A stretch of DNA of 24,422 nucleotides, from positions 1-24,422 of IMG/VR virus record IMGVR_UViG_3300032237_001332; one strand, written 5' to 3'. The translations under genes and the position numbers were made by a program. Shown here one piece after another: positions 17,331 to 24,020 of this stretch; position 1 is the first letter of the stretch; each line of letters starts with the position of its first letter. The notes below the pieces were generated by a model, which saw only the letters and a program-made list of their open reading frames with translations, made no database searches and was not told the DNA's origin. This DNA is from a virus. Its lineage: Duplodnaviria > Caudoviricetes.

Positions 17331-17474
17331 ATGTCCACCACCACTCTTGCTATTGGCGCCATCCTCGTTGCCGCCGTGTCCGAAATCCTTCCCTACACAC
17401 CGCTGAAAGCAAACGGCGTTGCTCAGCTGGTGATCCAGGTTCTGAAAGTAGTTTTCCTTTCGTCTAAGAAGTGA
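17331..17474 (+). CDS. Small hydrophobic membrane protein (47 aa), possibly holin-like
   Basis: Not in the track. MSTTTLAIGAILVAAVSEILPYTPLKANGVAQLVIQVLKVVFLSSKK; SE.L...P.K.NG..Q motif, basic C-terminus, TACAAT upstream. Confidence 0.7.
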   Translation: MSTTTLAIGAILVAAVSEILPYTPLKANGVAQLVIQVLKVVFLSSKK

Positions 17475-17479
17475 TCTTA

Positions 17480-17551
17480 TGGGTCTGCCGAGAATTGAAC
17501 TCGGTTCAGCCGCTTATAAGGCGACGGCCTTAACCAATAGGCGACAGACCC
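17480..17551 (-). tRNA. trnI: tRNA-Ile(UAU)
   Basis: GGGTCTG-TC-GCC TATTGGTTAA GGC-C-GTCGC CTTATAA GCGGC-TGAA-CCGAG TTCAATT CTCGG-CAGACCC-A; full cloverleaf, anticodon TAT, CCA not encoded. Confidence 0.93.
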
Positions 17552-17563
17552 TGCTCGCACATA

Positions 17564-17782
17564 TTAGGCGCCTCTGTGCCAATTCTGATCAGAAGGATTC
17601 TGCTTAGCAGAAATCCTCTCCATGATTTGGTCAACACAATCAAGAGACTCCAGTCTGCACAGAACATCTGTCAGCATGGAGATAGTAGTTGGATGCTCAC
17701 CCCTGGCGGCGAAAGCAAGCGCCTCCCTGATGGAGTTAGCTGCTTGTTCAGTTGCTTCTTTTACTTGAGCTGAGAGCGCCAT
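17564..17782 (-). CDS. Cyanophage-type hypothetical protein
   Basis: MALSAQVKEA...IREALAFAARGEHP motif; ATG 17782 preferred over the track start 17827. Confidence 0.72.
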   Translation of the reverse strand: MALSAQVKEATEQAANSIREALAFAARGEHPTTISMLTDVLCRLESLDCVDQIMERISAKQNPSDQNWHRGA

Positions 17783-17825
17783 TTCAGATTGTTTAGGTGC
17801 TCTTACTATAGGTCCAACTACAAAC

Positions 17826-17902
17826 ATTGGTGGGTGTTCATTCAGCTTCTTTTAGTCTTACAGGAACCTGAAGGCTAAGGAAGTCGTGAACACCCAACCA
17901 AT
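17826..17902 (+). ncRNA. Long intergenic stem-loop, candidate structured RNA
   Basis: ATTGGT/ACCAAT, GGGTGTTCAT/GTGAACACCC, GCTTCT/GGAAGT, TTAGTCTT/AAGGCTAA, CAG-GAAC-CTG; about 33 bp, with the non-Watson-Crick pairs being G-U on the plus strand. Confidence 0.6.
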
Positions 17903-18073
17903 TCAATCTGAGTACTCTTCTGGCTGGAAGATTGGACTTACTGGACTCTGGTAAGTAGAGTTCAGTATGTAATGGTACAAAGTCCGATAGCAGTGCATAG
18001 CTTCTTCGTACTCAATACCTTTATTAAAAAGTTTAGTTGCAGCACTGAGAGCTTCTATTTGTTTGTTGTTCAT
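17903..18073 (-). CDS. Hypothetical protein (56 aa)
   Basis: Not in the track. MNNKQIEALSAATKLFNKGIEYEEAMHCYRTLYHYILNSTYQSPVSPIFQPEEYSD; starts 1 nt after the upstream stop. Confidence 0.62.
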   Translation of the reverse strand: MNNKQIEALSAATKLFNKGIEYEEAMHCYRTLYHYILNSTYQSPVSPIFQPEEYSD

Positions 18074-18074
18074 A

Positions 18075-18674
18075 TCAGTCAGCGATTAAACGCTTCCTCC
18101 GTTCGTAAGTAAAACTGTAGTTTTGAATCAGGTGGGAAGGAGCTGGAGCAGCACCGGTATCAGCAGTTAGTGTGTCACGCAGACGCTCTTTGTCAGGTAG
18201 ATCCTCTTCCTTAACTTCCAAAACCGTATCATCTTTGATCCTGGTTATGGTCGTTACCTTACGCAATCCAAATTCAGTGCGATCAGATTCCTCCCACTTA
18301 TCAAAGTTATCAACCAGCTTGGGCCTGACTTTTCGGAAGACACCTTGATACTTAACTCCTGTCGGTTTGTTGCTAATTAAATTGTGTTGATATGCAAACT
18401 TAATGATGTCAGTAAGCATTGATCTGTTGCGCTTCCAATCATCTAAATTTGTCTTAATTTCTTCCATCTCATTCTCAAGAGCTGTGATATATGCATCACA
18501 CTTCTTGATCATGCCGATGATGTTATCAAACTTGTTCTCTTGACGGGAGGCAAGATCAACTAGGTACTGCTCCAACCTGGAGCGATCCTCGTCATCAAGG
18601 TTTGGTGTGTCTTTCAGGAATCCGATGTGCTGAATCTGCTCAGCAATCTGGATGTAAGAGAGCTTGTCGGACAT
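18075..18674 (-). CDS. Siphovirus Gp157-like coiled-coil protein
   Basis: From ATG 18674: KFDNIIGMIKKCDAYITALENEMEEIK...KRNRSML, and a late PDKERLRDTL...A.L motif. Confidence 0.6.
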   Translation of the reverse strand: MSDKLSYIQIAEQIQHIGFLKDTPNLDDEDRSRLEQYLVDLASRQENKFDNIIGMIKKCDAYITALENEMEEIKTNLDDWKRNRSMLTDIIKFAYQHNLISNKPTGVKYQGVFRKVRPKLVDNFDKWEESDRTEFGLRKVTTITRIKDDTVLEVKEEDLPDKERLRDTLTADTGAAPAPSHLIQNYSFTYERRKRLIAD

Positions 18675-18732
18675 GGTGGTGTTTGGTGGTGGTGTGCGGA
18701 GCCTTTTAGTGTCGTGCTCAGGACAGATCCTA

Positions 18733-18870
18733 TCAGCGACCCTGACCCCTCGTAGGCTTCTTGCGCTGCTTAGTCCAGGACCCGCGCTTGCGGAGCCCGT
18801 CACCGATGGACGTTTTCTTCTTGACGGCCTCCTTCTGAACGAAGACACCGCTCAAGGTTTTCCTAGCCAT
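18733..18870 (-). CDS. Small basic phage protein (45 aa) ending RGQGR
   Basis: Not in the track. MARKTLSGVFVQKEAVKKKTSIGDGLRKRGSWTKQRKKPTRGQGR; the KKTSIG...RGQGR family is common in aquatic phages. Confidence 0.78.
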   Translation of the reverse strand: MARKTLSGVFVQKEAVKKKTSIGDGLRKRGSWTKQRKKPTRGQGR

Positions 18871-18891
18871 GGTTAGCTAATGGTTTGTGTG

Positions 18892-18908
18892 GCAACCAAT
18901 TATAGGGG
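18892..18908 (-). promoter_or_regulatory. Putative promoter CCCC-TATAAT-TGGTTGC
   Basis: Perfect -10 hexamer; near-identical context at 20385-20403. Confidence 0.55.
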
Positions 18909-19009
18909 CAAGATCGGATCAGTTCCGATTATCCTCAGGTTTTATGACAATTTAAGAAATGACAGAGTGTTAAAGTCAAGGTATACTTACATGTCAGCAA
19001 AGAATCCTC

Positions 19010-19255
19010 ATGGCTGTTTCTGATGTAGTCGAGATTCCTTTTGGTCCTGATGACTTCCAGACATCCATGGAGGATGACTTTACTCTTGCCAGGATTAAAA
19101 AAGAATTAGATGCAGTCACAGACATTGAACAGCTTAGAAAAGGAGCAATTTTGCTGCTGAATTTAGCTGTTATGCGACAGGCAATGATCCGTGGTTTGGT
19201 TAAACGACTTGCAAATTTTGAGTGTGGGGCAATTAGAAGCAGGATCGAAGATTAA
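19010..19255 (+). CDS. nblA: NblA-like phycobilisome degradation adaptor
   Basis: SMEDDFTLARIKKELDAVTDIEQLRKGAILLLNLAVMRQAMIRGLVK aligns by eye with the NblA pattern S(L/M)ExxF..., s.eQ.k..L..L..., v.Re.....LlK; correct size; TATACT upstream. Confidence 0.58.
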   Translation: MAVSDVVEIPFGPDDFQTSMEDDFTLARIKKELDAVTDIEQLRKGAILLLNLAVMRQAMIRGLVKRLANFECGAIRSRIED

Positions 19256-19272
19256 AAATAGACAATAAAAAT

Positions 19273-19297
19273 GGGTCCGGCGCTTGAAACCGGACCC
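19273..19297 (-). terminator. Rho-independent terminator between convergent genes
   Basis: GGGTCCGG-N9-CCGGACCC 8 bp stem, followed on the minus strand by ATTTTTATT. Confidence 0.8.
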
Positions 19298-19334
19298 TTG
19301 GAGACCCAACGCTGGGATTCTAGCGACCTAACGG

Positions 19335-20258
19335 TCAGTCGAGCTGAATCTCCCCAGTGTTCTCATCCCTGGCACCAAACAGAACGCGGCTGCCGTTGGA
19401 AGACTCAGGCTTAGGCAGGGTGAAATCAAGACCAGCCTTGATGGCATGGAACCCGATCTCACGTTCGCACTGCTTGAAGAAGCTAGCGGCGTAAACCTCA
19501 GGCTTGCAGGTCTCCCAGACCTCCTCGATGAAGTCGATGTCCTCTGCTTCCTTAGGGAAGAAATCTTCAAGAGTTTCTCCGGTAGGAACAACCCACTTCT
19601 CCGGATAAGCAATCCAGCTCTTAGCTTTGTCCCCACCGTACAGCTGGGATCCAAACGTAGGAGTGAAGATGGCAGCAGCGGACTGCTTGGGATCGAAGCC
19701 AACAGCAGACTTCATCTTCATGCGATCCGAGAAGGCCGACTCCAGCTGCTCAATGAAGGTGGCATAGGCATCACAGAACAGGTTGGATGCACCACCATGA
19801 ATTGAGAGGATGAGCGGCTTCTTGTGAACAGCAGCACCAGCAGCATTCACAAGGAAAATGAGGATGAGTCGACGACGCTTGTAAGGATTAGGCTTGCCAG
19901 GATGAGCAGCTTCCCAGTCGTCATAAAGGTAAGAATCCCTGGGGTAGAGACCTTCAATTCCACCCTTATCAGAGTTCTCAATGAAGGTCACATCTTTGCG
20001 GAAACCGCAATGGAGAACTACCATGCGAGGAGTCTTAAAGAAGATGCCCTCATTTTTGTCACCATTGTTATAGGTGTGAGTGTACTCTTCTGCCTTAGGA
20101 AAATCCTTTACATTACCAGACCATCCAATACGAGCAAGAGCAGTATCCTTCAAGAAAAGTCCACATTGAGTTTTGTCATTCAGGATTTGTGCATTAACTA
20201 GGTCGCGCATTTCACCTTGATACTTTTCAGTGTTGAGGTAGCGGTCAAGAACAGACAT
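19335..20258 (-). CDS. DUF5895-like cyanobacterial/phage protein
   Basis: QILN...GLFL...IGW...H....G...GIFFKTPRMVVL...FLVN..G..VHKKPL.L..HG pattern recalled for DUF5895; acidic DENTGEIQLD tail. Confidence 0.55.
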   Translation of the reverse strand: MSVLDRYLNTEKYQGEMRDLVNAQILNDKTQCGLFLKDTALARIGWSGNVKDFPKAEEYTHTYNNGDKNEGIFFKTPRMVVLHCGFRKDVTFIENSDKGGIEGLYPRDSYLYDDWEAAHPGKPNPYKRRRLILIFLVNAAGAAVHKKPLILSIHGGASNLFCDAYATFIEQLESAFSDRMKMKSAVGFDPKQSAAAIFTPTFGSQLYGGDKAKSWIAYPEKWVVPTGETLEDFFPKEAEDIDFIEEVWETCKPEVYAASFFKQCEREIGFHAIKAGLDFTLPKPESSNGSRVLFGARDENTGEIQLD

Positions 20259-20281
20259 GTGTTTAGAAGCAGTTGGTTTTT

Positions 20282-20350
20282 TGGCCTTGGAACAGGAGTT
20301 GAACCTGCACAGGACGTGGCTTTAGAGGCCTACCTGGCGCCGACCCAAGG
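20282..20350 (-). ncRNA. Truncated tRNA-like element with CUCUAAA loop and encoded CCA
   Basis: CCTTGGG TCGGCGCCAGGTA GGC CTCTAAA GCC ACGTCCTGT GCAGG TTCAACT CCTGT TCCAAGG CCA; 7 bp acceptor stem and canonical T-arm. Confidence 0.72.
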
Positions 20351-20384
20351 AGAAAAGCTACGATCACCCGCAGCAGTTGGCTTC

Positions 20385-20403
20385 GCAACCACAATAATAG
20401 GGG
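20385..20403 (-). promoter_or_regulatory. Putative promoter CCCC-TATTAT-TG-TGGTTGC
   Basis: Shares context with 18892-18908; lies upstream of the tRNA-like leader. Confidence 0.5.
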
Positions 20404-20425
20404 AGGCGCCGAAGCACCAACCCCT
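20399..20425 (-). terminator. Hairpin with C(UUCG)G tetraloop downstream of ssb
   Basis: Minus strand AGGGG-TT-GGTGC-TTCG-GCGCC-T-CCCCT then ATTATTGT; the U-tract is weak. Confidence 0.5.
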
Positions 20426-20475
20426 TATCGAGAATCTTAATAAATGGCGTTTATCGGGATTCCGAGTTACATAAA

Positions 20476-21204
20476 TCAGAAGGGAATTTCGTCTGTGTTA
20501 ATAGAACAAGGGGTCGTATCAACCACCGGTTGTTGTACAGCCGTAGTTGTTTTAGTTTCTTTTTTGTATCCACCACTCACAGGAGTACCATCTTCTTTCT
20601 CTACCAGATTTTTATTCTTACCAAAGCACTGGTAAAGACCAGATCTGATACGCACCTGATAAGCAAAGTTCTCGTTGCCGTTGTTGTCTTTCCAAGTGTT
20701 GTAGCGAAGGTTACCTTCAACACTTACACCACGGCCAACATGAATCAGTTTCATCAGGCGACGGGCATCATCACCCCAACCATCAAGCCGGAACCCTAGA
20801 CCTTCTGTTCCGTCGTAATTAAGTACAGGAGCCTTAGGAGCATTACAAATCAAAGTAAACGCAAACAAGTCCTCAAGCTTTCGCTCCGGAACGAAACCAA
20901 CAATTCCAGAAAGGTTGACACGGTTGATAACCATCTTCGGATCGTTAACAACATAAAACTCCTGGTTAGGAATAAAATACATCTTCTTGTCGTACCTACT
21001 GGGGTAGATGCGACCGTTGATCAGGAGCCTAACTCCGGGTTGAAAAACGTCAAAGGTTTCACCAGCGGCTTTGTTAGGAAATACCAACAAAGGTACAGGA
21101 GATCCTTTATCATTTTGTGCCGGAAGTGACATCTCCATGAACCGGAGACCGTTGTCAAGAAACTTGTCCTTGTTGTACGTGACTGTTGCCAGGAGAGTGT
21201 TCAT
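20476..21204 (-). CDS. ssb: Single-stranded DNA-binding protein with two tandem OB folds
   Basis: INRVNLSGIVG...WGDDA.....IHVGRGVSVEGNLRYNTWKDNNG second fold; N-terminal MN..L...FQPGVRLLINGRI first fold; acidic tail TDEIPF. Confidence 0.82.
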   Translation of the reverse strand: MNTLLATVTYNKDKFLDNGLRFMEMSLPAQNDKGSPVPLLVFPNKAAGETFDVFQPGVRLLINGRIYPSRYDKKMYFIPNQEFYVVNDPKMVINRVNLSGIVGFVPERKLEDLFAFTLICNAPKAPVLNYDGTEGLGFRLDGWGDDARRLMKLIHVGRGVSVEGNLRYNTWKDNNGNENFAYQVRIRSGLYQCFGKNKNLVEKEDGTPVSGGYKKETKTTTAVQQPVVDTTPCSINTDEIPF

Positions 21205-21212
21205 GGTTGTAG

Positions 21213-21677
21213 TTAGTAGGAGGCATCAATGACGGTGTACTTTACTCCGGCTTCCGCCAGAACATTACTGGCAATTATGAAGTTGTTTAGCCAGCGATCA
21301 GGAATAACGCTCCCTCCTGAAACGTAGACTGCAGTAATACCAGCATTGATAAGTACAGAAGCACAGCGAGAGCATGGAGAGAAAGTAACGTAAGCAGTAC
21401 TGTTTTCAGTACTGACACCGTGGAGTGCAGCAGTCGTAACAGCATTGACTTCGGCATGCACTGTGATTTCATACTTCTGCTCACGGTCCATCAAACGATC
21501 AAAACTGTCGCTGATGTTCTTTGGGAATCCGTTGTATCCGGTTGAGATAACTCTTTTGTTCTTCACCAGGACACAACCAACTTTTGTTGATGGATCAATG
21601 CTCCAGGTAGAAACTTCCTGAGCTAACCGTAGAAAGCGGATGTGCCACTTATCATCACCAAAGGGCTGTGTCATCAC
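21213..21677 (-). CDS. dCMP deaminase (ComEB-like)
   Basis: DPSTKVGCVLV, STGYNGFP, HAEVNA and SPCSRC zinc motifs. The start may be ATG 21674. Confidence 0.93.
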   Translation of the reverse strand: MMTQPFGDDKWHIRFLRLAQEVSTWSIDPSTKVGCVLVKNKRVISTGYNGFPKNISDSFDRLMDREQKYEITVHAEVNAVTTAALHGVSTENSTAYVTFSPCSRCASVLINAGITAVYVSGGSVIPDRWLNNFIIASNVLAEAGVKYTVIDASY

Positions 21678-21844
21678 TTAGAAAACAACGCCTCAAGTCG
21701 ATCCGAGATCACAGCCTCCACCGCTTCCTGGCGTGAAAGCAAGACTGAAATGAGACTCGTAAGATCATCAGACATCTCTTGAAGCTCATCCATCGACATG
21801 TCGTGGAGAGAAGCCTTGATGGATTCGATCGGGGGGCGCTTCAT
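21674..21844 (-). CDS. Small acidic helical protein (56 aa)
   Basis: Not in the track. MKRPPIESIKASLHDMSMDELQEMSDDLTSLISVLLSRQEAVEAVISDRLEALFSK; stop overlaps the deaminase start. Confidence 0.7.
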   Translation of the reverse strand: MKRPPIESIKASLHDMSMDELQEMSDDLTSLISVLLSRQEAVEAVISDRLEALFSK

Positions 21845-21918
21845 GGTGCGTGTGAAAGCAGTGGTAGTGTACTAGCTTTTTGTAAGAAGAAAAAGAAAAA
21901 AGTATTAAGATTATATAA

Positions 21919-23769
21919 TCAATGTGTTTCTTTCCAGTTCTGACCAGATCTAGCCTCACCAGTCATCGGGCATTTTAAACTAAAGTACTCACCAGACTTA
22001 CGAAAAGAATCTATAGCTAACTCCTTATAAAGTTCAACATATTGTAAACATACAAGTGCCTGTATTTCATCATGAACATGAGCAACAAATCCAAAATTTT
22101 CGCCCCACTTCAGACCTGAATTAATCAGATCATTGTAGAGAATTGTTGTTGCTTTTTTTACTGAGATTGCTCCAGTGGATTGCAGCAGCTGGTTGAGAGC
22201 TGAATGCTTAGATCTGATCTGTAATCTCCTTCCGTCAATACCTGTAAGGTAACCACGGGTATTAATGCGTTCTTCAATTGTATCTTTTAGCTTTTTAATA
22301 GCAGGAAGATTCTTATAAAATGTATCAATAGTTGCTTTACCAACTTCGTATTGTTTGTTCTCTGAAGAGTTTGGACTGACAATTGATCCTGTTTTCTTTG
22401 CACCGCCGCCGTACAATATACAATAAATCAGGCGTTTTGAAAGGTCCCTAGTTGCTTTACTAATCTCACCTTCTCCGTTATAAATACCAAACAGCTTTGC
22501 ATTGTAAGTATGTATATCAAATCCTTCAGTACTTACAAGCTTTGCGTACTCACCACCATCAAAGTATGCAAGCCAAGCACCAAGAGCACGCAGCTCTAAT
22601 CCAGAAGCATCAGCACCAACCAGAACCCAACCATCAGGAGCATAAAACAAAGCCCTACATTCAGCTCCATAAGGGTGACCAACAGAGGGTATTTGGGCCA
22701 TATTTGGCCGCTTGTGACTACAGCGTCCGCTAATGCAAGCGTTAGTAACAACTTCACCATGAATTCGACCATCTTTGTAAACAGAGACGTGCTTCAACCA
22801 AGCTTCTTTTCCTTCTGCAATCTGACCAATCCGCTTGTTAAGCATCTGGTACTCAGCTAAAAGTTTAGCTTCCGGATATTTTTCACCTAGCACCTCAAGA
22901 ACATCATCATCCACCTGGGGATTACCCTTATCTGTAGTATCAAAAACAATTTCAGGATAGATTTCACGCAGCCGATCCGCTGTCTGCTGCCTGGAAGCTG
23001 GGTTAAATACTGTGACCTTGCTTTTCAGTTGCTTACCAGTCTTCTTTGAGAAGCGTTCTTCAACAACAGGAGGAAGGACTTTCTGCAGCTCTTCATCAAT
23101 TTCGCCCCTTCTGACCTTCAAAGTATTAACCAAAGCATAAGCAGCTCGCTCATCAAAAGGAAAACCAAACTGCTCTTGCTTGGACATCACAATGGCAAAC
23201 TCATGCTCTAACTCAAGCGAACGAGGGTCTGCATCCTGTGAGATCATGTATCGGTATAGCTTGTCTGAAACCTCAACGTCCTGCTGGCAATATATTTGCA
23301 TGCTCTCTGACCATTCAGCCCATACATCCTTTACTTCTTCGTCCTTCTTTTTCTCCTCTTTGAACTTGATCTTCTGAACACCAAGACGTTCACCCCAGGC
23401 AGCAAGAGAGTGTCTGCCAATGTATTTCGGTTCAATGTGGCTCCACTTGGCGTGATCTACACCGTCAAGCTCAGGCCAAAACAACCTACTGGTAATAAGT
23501 GTATCGTAAAAGCTACAGGTCTTTTTAAGTTGTAGACGTGGATAGATCTTATACAGAGCAGGCACGTCGAATTTGACCACATTATGTCCTATAAGAACAG
23601 CAGCTTCAGATATATAATCCAAAGCCGTTTCAATAGAAGGATAATCTGGTTGGTCAGCGCAACTGATTACTTCACCAGTGTCTACATCTTTTAGAACAAT
23701 ACAGTGAACTGTGTCCATGACCGGAAGGAGGCCATTGGACTCCAAGTCAAGGATGTACTTCTTAGACAT
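21919..23769 (-). CDS. polA: Family A (T7 gp5-like) DNA polymerase with 3'-5' exonuclease
   Basis: Exo I DLESNG, Exo II GHNVVKFD, Exo III YCQQDV; motif A DASGLELR, motif B RDLSKRLIYCILYGGG, motif C VHDEIQ. Confidence 0.96.
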   Translation of the reverse strand: MSKKYILDLESNGLLPVMDTVHCIVLKDVDTGEVISCADQPDYPSIETALDYISEAAVLIGHNVVKFDVPALYKIYPRLQLKKTCSFYDTLITSRLFWPELDGVDHAKWSHIEPKYIGRHSLAAWGERLGVQKIKFKEEKKKDEEVKDVWAEWSESMQIYCQQDVEVSDKLYRYMISQDADPRSLELEHEFAIVMSKQEQFGFPFDERAAYALVNTLKVRRGEIDEELQKVLPPVVEERFSKKTGKQLKSKVTVFNPASRQQTADRLREIYPEIVFDTTDKGNPQVDDDVLEVLGEKYPEAKLLAEYQMLNKRIGQIAEGKEAWLKHVSVYKDGRIHGEVVTNACISGRCSHKRPNMAQIPSVGHPYGAECRALFYAPDGWVLVGADASGLELRALGAWLAYFDGGEYAKLVSTEGFDIHTYNAKLFGIYNGEGEISKATRDLSKRLIYCILYGGGAKKTGSIVSPNSSENKQYEVGKATIDTFYKNLPAIKKLKDTIEERINTRGYLTGIDGRRLQIRSKHSALNQLLQSTGAISVKKATTILYNDLINSGLKWGENFGFVAHVHDEIQALVCLQYVELYKELAIDSFRKSGEYFSLKCPMTGEARSGQNWKETH

Positions 23770-24014
23770 CAGAAGAATTTGTTATACAAACGGGCAATGT
23801 TGTGCACCTCAGCGTCCTTAACAATTTCTTTATGTTCCGCTGTGTTTGCTAGGCGCTGGAGGATGTTCTTTCCTTCAGTCAGATCGTGAACGCACAAAGC
23901 TTTGTTTAATGATTGGCTGCTTAAGATCTCAGCCATAACACAAGAGGTTTTGTCGGGCGCCAAGCATAGCACCCGCTTCAGGTCACTGGAAGTGATGACG
24001 TATCCGCGATGCAT
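23769..24014 (-). CDS. Hypothetical protein (81 aa)
   Basis: TGATG coupling to the polymerase start. Confidence 0.72.
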   Translation of the reverse strand: MHRGYVITSSDLKRVLCLAPDKTSCVMAEILSSQSLNKALCVHDLTEGKNILQRLANTAEHKEIVKDAEVHNIARLYNKFF

Positions 24015-24020
24015 CTCCTG

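Noticed and set aside
18675-18848. Arg/Ser-rich N-terminal extension of the 257 aa track ORF
   Set aside because: It overlaps the RGQGR-family gene in another frame; ATG 18674 with a CA-rich leader is the more credible start.
20282-20350. tmRNA or true tRNA-Pyl
   Set aside because: No G3-U70 alanine identity pair or tag ORF; no pyl genes; it has a canonical T-loop, unlike tRNA-Pyl.
19328-20799. Overlapping track ORFs at 19328-19702, 19446-19805, 19824-20201, 20217-20474 and 20530-20799
   Set aside because: Alternative-frame or antisense to better-supported genes and the tRNA-like element.
21674-21844. Second NblA-like gene
   Set aside because: Only generic helical similarity; lacks the SLEQxF-type N-terminal motif.
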